Below are positions 9,063 through 18,268 of a DNA stretch of 64,000 nucleotides, piece by piece. The notes below the pieces were generated by a model, which ran no database searches, was not told where the DNA came from, and worked only from the letters and a program-made list of their open reading frames with translations. The position numbers and the translations under genes are program-made. The stretch is from Promethearchaeati archaeon (lineage in GTDB: Archaea; Asgardarchaeota; Heimdallarchaeia; Heimdallarchaeales; Heimdallarchaeaceae). Position 1 is the first letter of the stretch, and each line of letters opens with the position of its first letter. Where the stretch lies: assembly GCA_013166775.1 (NCBI GenBank), contig JABLTJ010000013.1:4071-68070 (forward strand). Reading direction: 5' to 3'.

Positions 9063-9896
9063 CTATTTTTTAACAATTTTGGTTTTTTTCAAATAAATTT
9101 CAAGTTGTTCATAGTTCTGTGATACATCCATATCCAAACCAAATCCTAAATCTTCAATAATTACCGTCCCCATTTTCATTTTGAAAGCTCTTTCCAGTGC
9201 GATCACTGCATCTTTTAATTTAGCGAATCTCAAAACTAATTTCACCATTTTTGGCCAAGTAGAAGGTTTTTTGAAAACATACCAAGCTACTGCCCAGAAA
9301 GATCGTTTTCTTCTTAACCTGTTGATGTCTGATATTATCTTCTGTCCATCTATTATACCTTTAACACTTAAAGCATAAAGTTCTCCGGGAAATATTTTGT
9401 GATCTCTAAAAGATCCAACTACTCTCCCTGCTTCTGGAAATTCTTTTAATGATAATTCATATGGTACAAGGGATTGTATAAAATCATAATCTTCCATTTC
9501 TGAAATAGCAACTAGAAATTCATCAATCCTTTCAACTGTTATAGCCGGTGTGTCTGCTGAGCAAATCACAAATTGATTGAAATTCTTACCTTTATCTTTT
9601 AAATATTCTAAACCAATAAGCAGTTTTTCGTTAAAATCAGCAAAAAAGTCTACAGGTATATATTCCACTTCTGACCCAAAATCAATATCATCTCTTGAAA
9701 CTCCAAGTGCATAAATTCCTTCAATCTTTTTGGATTTAACAAGCTCTTCTACTACCCACTGAATTACTGGTTTTCCTAATATAGGAAGTAAGCATTTGGC
9801 CTTGTATTTCTCTTCAGGATCAAGAACTTGCATTATTTCTCTTCGAATATCTTTATCCCTCCCAGACATTAGAAAGATAGGAAACTGTTTTGTCAT
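9063..9896 (-). CDS. MobA/IspD-like (GT-A fold) nucleotidyltransferase family protein, paralogue 1 of 3
   Basis: 277 aa. Blocks present are FLMSGRD...R, LDPEEKYKAKCLLPILGKPVIQW, ICSADTPAI and a C-terminal GLDMDVSQNYEQL that resembles the D-x-D-T-P-E-D-L end of NTP_transf_3 enzymes. Confidence 0.6.
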   Translation of the reverse strand: MTKQFPIFLMSGRDKDIRREIMQVLDPEEKYKAKCLLPILGKPVIQWVVEELVKSKKIEGIYALGVSRDDIDFGSEVEYIPVDFFADFNEKLLIGLEYLKDKGKNFNQFVICSADTPAITVERIDEFLVAISEMEDYDFIQSLVPYELSLKEFPEAGRVVGSFRDHKIFPGELYALSVKGIIDGQKIISDINRLRRKRSFWAVAWYVFKKPSTWPKMVKLVLRFAKLKDAVIALERAFKMKMGTVIIEDLGFGLDMDVSQNYEQLEIYLKKTKIVKK

Positions 9897-10107
9897 TCAC
9901 ATGTCACCAGTTACGGAAAACTTCCTACTTTAAAAATTCTTTCCAGAAACATAGCAACAATTATATGCAAATGAGTTTCTACAGTCCTTGATGCTTCCAG
10001 GGACATTGTCTTTGATATTCTTCGTAATAGAATTCGTCATTCTAATAGTTGTAATAATATTCAATAGGGATCATCCTTTCTTCTAGTCTATTGTTGGTTT
10101 ATTAGGA

Positions 10108-10671
10108 TTGCTTCAATTATATCAGCTATCAGAATGGTTAATTTGTATAGGAGTTAATGAAAATATTACTGGAAGAATAGCTTATGTAATAATTACTTTT
10201 CTACCTCCTTTGGGTTATTATCTGAGCACCAGAATTGTTCAATGGAAGTTTCCTGATTATTGGATAGGTTTTGCTGCTACTACAGCTTTTTCGCTCTATT
10301 ATCTTATAATCCCCAATTCTGTGAATCTTATTGATTGTAATCCTCTTTATGCAATCTATAAGCATAACTTATCCATTTATTATGGCATTTACTACATTGG
10401 CATATTAGCTTACAGCATTTTGTTTCTGGTAGCTCATACTATTTGGAAAAAGGAGAAAATAGAGAGAAAATTGAGTATCCTGCTGCTTGTAGGATATCTA
10501 TCATTTTTAGTTCCCATGTATCTAATGGTTCTGATTGATTCTTCGTTTATCAACACAGTTACAAGTATAATGTGTAAATATGCTTTACTTCTTGCAGTAA
10601 CTTTAGGTGTATTTTCTTTTATTAAACCAAAAAATAAGCAATTAAAGCTAAATGTCAAGACTACTGATTAA
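10108..10671 (+). CDS. Polytopic membrane protein (5-6 TM) of unknown function. The N-terminus is uncertain; see the in-frame TAG finding.
   Basis: 187-aa ORF from a TTG start, with successive hydrophobic helices. An upstream same-frame 31-codon ORF (9991..10083) encodes one more helix and is separated only by a TAG at 10084..10086. Confidence 0.5.
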   Translation: MLQLYQLSEWLICIGVNENITGRIAYVIITFLPPLGYYLSTRIVQWKFPDYWIGFAATTAFSLYYLIIPNSVNLIDCNPLYAIYKHNLSIYYGIYYIGILAYSILFLVAHTIWKKEKIERKLSILLLVGYLSFLVPMYLMVLIDSSFINTVTSIMCKYALLLAVTLGVFSFIKPKNKQLKLNVKTTD

Positions 10672-10698
10672 ATTATTCTGAGATAGTTTTTAGCTCAT

Positions 10699-11532
10699 TT
10701 ATGTGATTTCAATATTATGAATTTTGGCTACATATTGTCTGATTTTATCATAATCTTCTGGAAGATCCATATCCATAGCTAAACCAGGATCTTCTATTAC
10801 TACGCAATCGGCTTTTATTTTAAATGCTCGAGAAACAGCTATAGCTGCATCTTTCAGCGTCCCTATTTTAAGAACAATTTTGATAATTTTAGACCAAGAA
10901 CTAGGACGTTTAGCAACCAACCACAAAGTTCTCCAAAAAGATTTTTTATTTCTAAGTTCTGGATCAGTAAAACTATCTATCACATCCTGTAGCTCATTAA
11001 TTACCCTAGGACTGAAATAAGCAATTTCACCTTGGAGTATATTTATATCTTTGAATCTTCCCACTCCCCTTTTATGATTAGGGATTACAGCTGCTAATAT
11101 TTCCTCTGGAACTCCACCAATAACAAAATCATACCCTTTCCTCTCATGAACAGCTTCGATGAATTGATCAATGGCTTCAGCTTGAATTCCTGGACAATCA
11201 CCGCTACAGAATATTAATTTGTCTGTTAATTTCCCTGCTTTAGTAATATAATCCAAACCAGCTTTATACTTTTGGCTAATTCGAGAACATGGATCTACAG
11301 GTATGAAATGAACAGGATCATTTATTTTTACATCCTTTTCTGTCAAACCTAAGATGTAAACATCGTCTACATATTTCGATTTTAGGAATGCCTCAACTAC
11401 CCATTCTATTACAGTTTTTCCTAAAAATGGCAATGCAACTTTGGAGGTATATTTTCCATTTGGATCAAGTGCTTTCAATAAATCTCTTCTTTCCAAATCT
11501 CTTCCAGCTAGTAATAGAATAGGATATTTCAT
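10699..11532 (-). CDS. MobA/IspD-like nucleotidyltransferase family protein, paralogue 2 of 3
   Basis: 277 aa. Blocks present are LLLAGRDLERR, LDPNGKYTSKVALPFLGKTVIEW, FCSGDCPGI and LAMDMDLPEDYDKI. Confidence 0.6.
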   Translation of the reverse strand: MKYPILLLAGRDLERRDLLKALDPNGKYTSKVALPFLGKTVIEWVVEAFLKSKYVDDVYILGLTEKDVKINDPVHFIPVDPCSRISQKYKAGLDYITKAGKLTDKLIFCSGDCPGIQAEAIDQFIEAVHERKGYDFVIGGVPEEILAAVIPNHKRGVGRFKDINILQGEIAYFSPRVINELQDVIDSFTDPELRNKKSFWRTLWLVAKRPSSWSKIIKIVLKIGTLKDAAIAVSRAFKIKADCVVIEDPGLAMDMDLPEDYDKIRQYVAKIHNIEIT

Positions 11533-11597
11533 AACGTTATACTAATTTAAGATTATATTATTTAAAGCATTCCAGTGCAACTATAGCAATTTCAGGT

Positions 11598-12539
11598 TTA
11601 CTTAACACCGGGAATATAGGGAATATTCTTTGTTTTACTTACATATCTCTTTAGTTTTTCATAATCTTCAGGAAGATCCATGTCCATTCCAAAAGCTGCA
11701 TCAGAGATAATAACAGCCTTAGCAGTTACTTTAGCCATTCTAGAAACTAGCTTTTCTGCTCCTGCTAAAGAAAGCCTCCCCATTATGAATTTTAAAATCA
11801 AAAACCAAGTACTAGGACGCTTTAAAACAAGTTTAACAATTGGTGTGACAGCACTCATTTTCTTTGTTCGTTTGTTTATTTTTATTTTTCTTCGCCTACT
11901 ACCTATTTCACTAATTATGTTATTTCTTTGCACTATCCCATATTCACTCATTGCGAAAAGTTCTCCTGGAAAAACATGTATATCAGAAAGTTTACCTACA
12001 ACTCTCTGATGGTTAGGAAATACTTTCTTTGTAACATCATCAGGAACTACTGATTGAACATAATCATAGTGTTGCAAATCCTCTATTGCTTCAAAGAATT
12101 GATTTATTCCTTCAACTGTAATTCCAGGTGTATCTGATGAGGAAACTACAATGAATGTGTTATCTTTTCCTACAGAACGCAGATATTTAATTCCTGCTAA
12201 TAATTTTTCTGCATACGTTGAAGCTGTTGGAACATCAACATAGTGTACAGGATAATCAAATTTTGCCATGTCTTCAGTTATTCCTAGAAGATACAAATCC
12301 TCTACATGTGGACTCTTACGTAATTCTTCTAGCTGCCAATCCATTACTCTTTTTCCAAGAAAAGGTAGAAGAGCTTTGGTGTTGTATTTACTATCTGGAT
12401 CTAGTTCCACTATCAATTTTCGCTTTTCATAATCTCTTCCACAGAACACAAACACAGGATATTTCGTAACCAAATTGATAACCAAATTTAAGAAAATCTC
12501 ATCATTTAAAAAATATTGGTTGCGATTATCACTTTCCAC
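11598..12539 (-). CDS. MobA/IspD-like nucleotidyltransferase family protein, paralogue 3 of 3
   Basis: 313 aa from a GTG start. Blocks present are FVFCGRDYEKR, LDPDSKYNTKALLPFLGKRVMDW, SSSDTPGI and FGMDMDLPEDYEKL. An extra basic insert (RRRKIKINKRTKK) is present. By comparison with the paralogues, the true start may be the TTG near 12473. Confidence 0.55.
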   Translation of the reverse strand: MESDNRNQYFLNDEIFLNLVINLVTKYPVFVFCGRDYEKRKLIVELDPDSKYNTKALLPFLGKRVMDWQLEELRKSPHVEDLYLLGITEDMAKFDYPVHYVDVPTASTYAEKLLAGIKYLRSVGKDNTFIVVSSSDTPGITVEGINQFFEAIEDLQHYDYVQSVVPDDVTKKVFPNHQRVVGKLSDIHVFPGELFAMSEYGIVQRNNIISEIGSRRRKIKINKRTKKMSAVTPIVKLVLKRPSTWFLILKFIMGRLSLAGAEKLVSRMAKVTAKAVIISDAAFGMDMDLPEDYEKLKRYVSKTKNIPYIPGVK

Positions 12540-12616
12540 AGAGGAGGGAATATGAGATTGTACATATGTTTAAATATCCTCTAGACGTGTGTTTGTTTGC
12601 AGATATTGGTGATTAA

Positions 12617-13096
12617 ATGGCCTTAAAAGATGGTGATGTTTTAAAATGGTACCTCAAGGGAGTACAAAAAAGTGCAGAAATTCGTAAAAAAGAGATAGTG
12701 GAATTCAAAAAATGGAAAAAAAAGAAACTTCCAGAAGGTATCAAGTATAAGAAGAAGAAATATCCTGAAGTAGAAAAATGGAAGGAAGAAAAATTAGCAA
12801 CTTGTGAAACCAACGAAAGAAAAGGGATATGTAGAGGATTTGTTTTCATGGTTTATGGGCTTAAGTATGCTCTTGAAAGAGTGAAAAATGCCATTGCAGT
12901 TGCTTATGTTTGGGTTATATTCTCGATAGGATTTGTTAAGAATTGGTTAGCCGATGCTTTTAGAATGGGTTGGCTACTAGGAGTTTTCATAATCTGTGCA
13001 GTTCTTCTATGGATTTGGAAACCTTTGCGTCCAGCACATAAAGAGCAACCAGCAGTTAGTACGACACCTGCAAGTACAACACAACAACAATATTAA
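12617..13096 (+). CDS. Hypothetical membrane protein with a Lys/Trp-rich N-terminal segment
   Basis: 159 aa. N-terminal KKWKKKKLPEGIKYKKKKYPEVEKWKEEK is followed by two hydrophobic helices and a polar tail. I prefer it to the antisense low-complexity ORF at 12613..12849. Confidence 0.45.
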   Translation: MALKDGDVLKWYLKGVQKSAEIRKKEIVEFKKWKKKKLPEGIKYKKKKYPEVEKWKEEKLATCETNERKGICRGFVFMVYGLKYALERVKNAIAVAYVWVIFSIGFVKNWLADAFRMGWLLGVFIICAVLLWIWKPLRPAHKEQPAVSTTPASTTQQQY

Positions 13097-13150
13097 CCTC
13101 TTTGAAGGAAAGCATGAACTCTAATCTTATTCAGATATTTCTTTTCTTTT

Positions 13151-13903
13151 TCACTTCTTTTTTCCAACAGATGCCAAGTAAATTACAAATTCTTCTTCAC
13201 CATCTAAACGCATAAGTTCATTGAATTGATCGTCGTGAAATGCACCTACAGCACAGACTCCAACGTTAATATTCTCTGCAGCAATGTAGAGATTTTGACA
13301 TACATGTCCAGCATCAATATGCAGGTATCTATATCCTCTCTCCACATAACGCCAACACATTCTATAAGGAACAGCGACCCAGATAAATGTAACTGCATCG
13401 TTTTTCACCATCTTTTGATCATAAGCTGCTTCAACAATTTTATCAGCAATACCTTCTTCCAAAACATATTCAACCAATTTATGTTCAAGTGCAACGTATC
13501 TGTAAATTCCTACCTCTAAAGTTTCAACATTGTTTACAAGCAGAAATGTCTCAAAAGCATGTCTAGCTCCTGCAGAGGGCACTGTTCTCAAGGTAGCTGA
13601 TTCTTGATAAACTTCTTTTACACCTTGAGTACACCATAATAACCATGAAAGCTCTTCTAATGTTAACTTATTAACAGAATAGGTTCTAACGCTTCTTCTT
13701 TCTTCAATTGCTTTTCTAAGAGGATAATCTTTAATATCCAATTCTTGAGGTTCAGGTAATTTGAAACTTCTCATTTTGTGTGCATATTCAAGCTCTAATG
13801 GAGGTTGAGGAAGTCCAGTTATTTGATCTGAAGTAGAAGTATGTACATATGTAGTTTTTTTCATGAATTCTTTTCCAATATGATTTTTTTTCAATTTAGA
13901 CAC
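13151..13903 (-). CDS. SagB/ThcOx-type dehydrogenase (nitroreductase superfamily)
   Basis: 250 aa with RRSVRTYS and VPSAGARHAFETFLLV, which are typical SagB-type dehydrogenase blocks. Confidence 0.7.
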   Translation of the reverse strand: MSKLKKNHIGKEFMKKTTYVHTSTSDQITGLPQPPLELEYAHKMRSFKLPEPQELDIKDYPLRKAIEERRSVRTYSVNKLTLEELSWLLWCTQGVKEVYQESATLRTVPSAGARHAFETFLLVNNVETLEVGIYRYVALEHKLVEYVLEEGIADKIVEAAYDQKMVKNDAVTFIWVAVPYRMCWRYVERGYRYLHIDAGHVCQNLYIAAENINVGVCAVGAFHDDQFNELMRLDGEEEFVIYLASVGKKK

Positions 13904-14023
13904 CTTCTAAAATAAATTGAATCGGGTATTATTAATTTTAACCCATAAAATGTTAAAATTAAGATCAATTGATGTAATTCGCAAAGAAAAAAGATATAAT
14001 GAGAACAAAACATAATTAAGCTA

Positions 14024-15730
14024 TTGATAGCTAATACAAATTATTCTGAAATTTCCACTAGAAAGTATCTGTGCGAAAAAAGATTGAATGATATATTATT
14101 CCTTATTCCTATATTTTTTTCCGGAATCGCTTATTTTTTTATACCTTTTATTTGGATAGCTAAGTTAGAAATAAAGAATACTTTTGTAAACAAAGAGGAT
14201 TTAATTGCTAATTTGGGGATTATACAAAATGAAACAAATATAATGCTAGGCATTATGAAAGACATGGAGTTCCAACTAGGAATATTAGTTCTAAGTGGTT
14301 TGATTATACTTATTTCAATAATTTTAGCTAGATTTCATCCAAGAAAAACAGGTTTATTTTTGATCATATTTTCAATCTTAAGGATTGATGAATTTATACG
14401 TTTTCAAGCTCAAATACAATACTCTTCTCATGGTGCAGGATCTGCAATTATGTTTCTTAGAGCAGCAATAATGTATAATTTGGAAATAAATCCAACTTAT
14501 CTTATTCTTCAATTTTTTATTCACTTAAGTTTAGTTTTTGCAGGATTATTTCTTCTATTTCTCCCACTTTCAAAATTTCGTAAAGAATTTACCAAATCTA
14601 ATAATCTTGAGAAAATCATGAAAACACCAAAAGAGAAATTCATCTCGAGAGTTACAACATTTTTCCCTTTTTTTGCCATCTTTTCAATTAGTTTGTTAGG
14701 AATGCTCATAGCTGCTAATCTACAACTTTTAACTCTTAACTGGGAAGCTTCTTTATTTATAATTTATTTAGTCTTCATAATTCTTTTAATTATTTTTTTT
14801 ATGGGGATTATTTTTCTATTAAATAAGATAATAGAACCAATTTATCCTCAGAATAAATCTAGAAAAATTACGGAATACATTATTTCAGCATCATTTTTTA
14901 TTCTATTATCTGTTTTCATCATTTTTTTTTGGGCAGATCAGTTTGATACAATTTCTTTAACATTAAATTATATTCTTGTGAATATTTTTGGAAAGACAGG
15001 AATAAATCCGGAAAGAAAGCTTGTATTGAGCTCATTAAATTATCTCTTTGTTTTCATTATTCCTTTATTACTAACATCTCTTGTATTGTATTTTCTAATG
15101 AAGAGAAAGATAAAAATTGAGAAAAAAGCAAAGCAAGATTCAGACTTTATAGATTTTATAACAAAAACTAAGAAAAGTCACATTTTGACTCTTTTCTTGC
15201 TCTTGATAGTTTTTGGGTTACCCTCGAATCTCATACTTCAAGGTTCAAATATTTTCTCCAGTTTAACAATAACAAATACTTCTGCTTCAGATTCATTTGG
15301 ACTAAAATGGAATAGTAGTAATATAATACAGATTCTCGATCTGGAGGTCTTCTCTAATTCCTCTTTTTTTATCAACATTAATTTCACTCATAGTTATCAC
15401 AATATCCCTTTATTCATGAGACAGGATTTTATTTTTGTGAACCAAATTATAGTTGACAGTGATTACAATGATTTTTTTGATTCATGTTGGAATTTCTCTT
15501 ATTTGGAAATAGTTCCAGCAGAAACCACTTATGAATACAATATTGGGAATGATACTCGTGGATATAATTTTTATCTAAAAAACTCAGGGGAATATTTGTT
15601 AACTGGAACATTTAATGAAAGTGTTGTCATAGGCCAAAAACTGAATGTTTTTTTGTCTTTTGAACAATATTCTGAAGTGAATGAAATCATAGTACTTTCA
15701 AATATTCAGAATACTACTATTGAACTCTAG
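14024..15730 (+). CDS. Large polytopic membrane protein with a C-terminal extracytoplasmic domain, function unknown
   Basis: 568 aa from a TTG start. About 10 hydrophobic helices occupy the first ~400 aa. The final ~170 aa are sequon-rich and non-hydrophobic. Confidence 0.55.
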   Translation: MIANTNYSEISTRKYLCEKRLNDILFLIPIFFSGIAYFFIPFIWIAKLEIKNTFVNKEDLIANLGIIQNETNIMLGIMKDMEFQLGILVLSGLIILISIILARFHPRKTGLFLIIFSILRIDEFIRFQAQIQYSSHGAGSAIMFLRAAIMYNLEINPTYLILQFFIHLSLVFAGLFLLFLPLSKFRKEFTKSNNLEKIMKTPKEKFISRVTTFFPFFAIFSISLLGMLIAANLQLLTLNWEASLFIIYLVFIILLIIFFMGIIFLLNKIIEPIYPQNKSRKITEYIISASFFILLSVFIIFFWADQFDTISLTLNYILVNIFGKTGINPERKLVLSSLNYLFVFIIPLLLTSLVLYFLMKRKIKIEKKAKQDSDFIDFITKTKKSHILTLFLLLIVFGLPSNLILQGSNIFSSLTITNTSASDSFGLKWNSSNIIQILDLEVFSNSSFFININFTHSYHNIPLFMRQDFIFVNQIIVDSDYNDFFDSCWNFSYLEIVPAETTYEYNIGNDTRGYNFYLKNSGEYLLTGTFNESVVIGQKLNVFLSFEQYSEVNEIIVLSNIQNTTIEL

Positions 15731-15733
15731 ATT

Positions 15734-16579
15734 TTAGTTTCTTTTAGTAAATGAAGCTACTATCATACCATAATATGTTGGGCATTCATAGATACAAAGA
15801 TTATTTCTTAAATTCGTTTCTTCAAGAATTCCTTGTAGAATCAACATCTGCCACACACTATCAGGTTTTGCATGATCAACGAATACTTCAGTGAAATCCA
15901 ATAATTTGTGTAGTTCATCTCTTTGAATCATTTGGTATACTTTGTCATCGAAAATTTTTGAAGCTGTATCATAGCCATAAGGCCCTTCTTCATCATGTGC
16001 ATGCCCATGATCTGCGCTAGCAATAAAAACTACCTCTTTGTTTTCGCTAATGCTCAGTTGGTTGATTATTCTTCCTACCTCGATTAAATTTTCCCAAGGA
16101 ATTTCTCTAGAAGGAGTTATGAGAACCATTGGAGGAATTTCTAGTTTGTTCTTTGTATAAATTTGGTTTATGAACCACATTGGAATAAAAGTTCCCCAAT
16201 CCATTATCATTGCTGAAAATTCTCCATCTGCAGCCCCATAATTCACTGAAACAACGGGAAGGTCAGCTTGTTTTATGTTTTTATAAAGTGTTAATCCAAA
16301 CTCTCTTTCACATGAGAATTTCAGTTCCACTGATTTGGTTTTATCTTCATTCCACCATGTTCCTTGGCACCATTCAGTTGTAATTACGCCTATTTGTCCA
16401 TCAATTCTTAGATTATGTGGAGATGATATGACTATAATATCTGGTTTACAAGCGAATATTTCTTTGGCTACATCTTCCATTCCTTTAATCAATTTCTTCC
16501 AGTCTTGTCCAGTATTTGGATATAACTCAGGTATAAGATCAAATCCATGAGGTAGGATTGCTGAATAATTTATAGGCAT
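15734..16579 (-). CDS. LigB-superfamily (class III extradiol dioxygenase / DODA-like) protein
   Basis: 281 aa. The blocks ILPHG, IIVISSPHN, DWGTFIPMWF and ASADHGHAH fit the metal-binding His pattern of the LigB fold. Confidence 0.55.
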   Translation of the reverse strand: MPINYSAILPHGFDLIPELYPNTGQDWKKLIKGMEDVAKEIFACKPDIIVISSPHNLRIDGQIGVITTEWCQGTWWNEDKTKSVELKFSCEREFGLTLYKNIKQADLPVVSVNYGAADGEFSAMIMDWGTFIPMWFINQIYTKNKLEIPPMVLITPSREIPWENLIEVGRIINQLSISENKEVVFIASADHGHAHDEEGPYGYDTASKIFDDKVYQMIQRDELHKLLDFTEVFVDHAKPDSVWQMLILQGILEETNLRNNLCIYECPTYYGMIVASFTKRN

Positions 16580-16678
16580 AATTAGACATTCGAGTTGTAT
16601 TTTTTTAGTCTTTCCTATAAATCTGATAAATTCAAAGTCACAAGAGATAAAGATAAAAAATCGTTTTAGAATTGGATA

Positions 16679-18259
16679 TTGATGAGCAAACGATGGGGAT
16701 TGGGTTTAAGCATTCTTTTCATAATGGCTTTCATAGGGCAGACTCATTCACCATCAATTTATTCTAATAACATAAAAACTATGTTAGGAAATCCAGATAT
16801 AACCATCAAGGAGGGTAGTTTTGATGGTTACAATCTTTTTGTGCTGGAACGAAAATTTGTTTCAAATTGGACAACAATAGATATGAACCTTTTAATTGTA
16901 GATATGGAAGGTCAAGTTCATTATCAAAGGCAGATAGCTGATGGAATAATTTTAGCTGATTATTCTGCTGAATTTGTAAATTCTACTACAATTCTTTTTG
17001 GAGATTCAAGTGGAGCTAATTTGTGGAACATCTATACTGATGAAGTTGAGAAATTATCAGTTTTAGGGCATCACGATTATGAAATGAATATGAATAATAA
17101 CTCCATTTTTACATTAACTTCCTTTCTAGAAGAAATAGAATCAGTAGAATACAGATTTGATAAAATAATAGAAGTCGATTTAACTACAGGTTTGAAAATT
17201 TGGGAAGTAGATACTCAGTCATTTATTTCACATAATCACTATTGTCCCTATCTAGATTCTGAGGAAGATATAGCAGATCTTACTCATTCAAATACTATCA
17301 TATATGATGATCAAGATGATACTATTTATCTAAATTGCCGAAATACTAACACATTCTACAAATTAGATCATAAAACTGGTGATTTAATCTGGGCTTTAGG
17401 AGAGTACGGAGATTTTGATCTATTTGATATAGATGGGAATCAGAAGGATATCCTCTTCTATCATGGTCATGCTCTTGAGAAGATTAGTGACGATACTTTC
17501 ATCTACTTTGATAATGATGAACATAATCAGGATAATCTATTGCAACACAAATCTAGAATAATAGAGATACAAGTCGATGAAGTTGAAAAAAAAGCACAGA
17601 TTGTATGGGAATGGGCTTCCCCTAGCAAATATTTCTCAGCTTGGTGGGGGGATGCAGATAAACTCCCAAATAATAACAGACTTGGGACTTTTGGAACGAT
17701 GTATCATGAGGGCTCAACTGCTATTGGAGCAAGACTGGTTGAAGTTGATAACTCAGGAGAGATTGTTTGGGAGATGAATTTCCCTAAAGAAGGTGAAATT
17801 GGATATGGTGTTTATAGTATGGACAGAATACATTTTTCACCAATAATAGGAATAAACACAACCTATTGGGTAAAATCAGGTGAAGAAGCATCGGTAAATT
17901 GGCAAGCTTATAATAATTTCAGAAATAAATACCCATTATTTGGAAAGTATAGAGTATTTCTTGAAGGGGATTTAGTTGACAATGATAATGTAGAATTCAC
18001 TCGATATTGGCAACCAACTGATTTAGATGTTAATCTTGGTTTACTTCAGGATGGTGAGTATAATTTAACTATCCAACTTGAGGATGATTCCAATCACATA
18101 AAAACACAATTTGTTAATCTCACTGTATCCAAATACCCTCCAGAAGAAACTAATAGAAATGATGGTTTTGGTATTCTTTCAACGTCCTATGCTTTTTTAT
18201 TTATGATAACATTTGTTATCTATTCTAAAAAAAGAAAACAAAACTTTAGAGAAAAATAG
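16679..18259 (+). CDS. Arylsulfotransferase (ASST)-like beta-propeller surface protein with an Ig-like module and a C-terminal TM anchor
   Basis: 526 aa with a signal peptide. Blocks present are HHDYE, LTHSNTIIYDD, YLNCRNTNTFYKLDHKTGDLIWALG and FYHGHALE. The C-terminus has an Ig-like module (17840..18148), a TM helix and KKRKQ. Confidence 0.5.
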   Translation: MMSKRWGLGLSILFIMAFIGQTHSPSIYSNNIKTMLGNPDITIKEGSFDGYNLFVLERKFVSNWTTIDMNLLIVDMEGQVHYQRQIADGIILADYSAEFVNSTTILFGDSSGANLWNIYTDEVEKLSVLGHHDYEMNMNNNSIFTLTSFLEEIESVEYRFDKIIEVDLTTGLKIWEVDTQSFISHNHYCPYLDSEEDIADLTHSNTIIYDDQDDTIYLNCRNTNTFYKLDHKTGDLIWALGEYGDFDLFDIDGNQKDILFYHGHALEKISDDTFIYFDNDEHNQDNLLQHKSRIIEIQVDEVEKKAQIVWEWASPSKYFSAWWGDADKLPNNNRLGTFGTMYHEGSTAIGARLVEVDNSGEIVWEMNFPKEGEIGYGVYSMDRIHFSPIIGINTTYWVKSGEEASVNWQAYNNFRNKYPLFGKYRVFLEGDLVDNDNVEFTRYWQPTDLDVNLGLLQDGEYNLTIQLEDDSNHIKTQFVNLTVSKYPPEETNRNDGFGILSTSYAFLFMITFVIYSKKRKQNFREK

Positions 18260-18268
18260 AAGGGGATG

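Noticed and set aside
10084-10086. In-frame TAG as a pyrrolysine codon
   Set aside because: TAG is used as an ordinary terminator by several well-supported genes here, for example at 2824..2826, 15728..15730 and 27472..27474. No pyl genes are visible. A pseudogene, a sequencing error or a TTG start is more economical.
13151-13903. SagB-type dehydrogenase as a marker of a thiazole/oxazole (TOMM) RiPP cluster
   Set aside because: No YcaO or cyclodehydratase gene and no small precursor ORF lie nearby. The flanking genes are unrelated membrane proteins. Stand-alone SagB-type nitroreductases are common.
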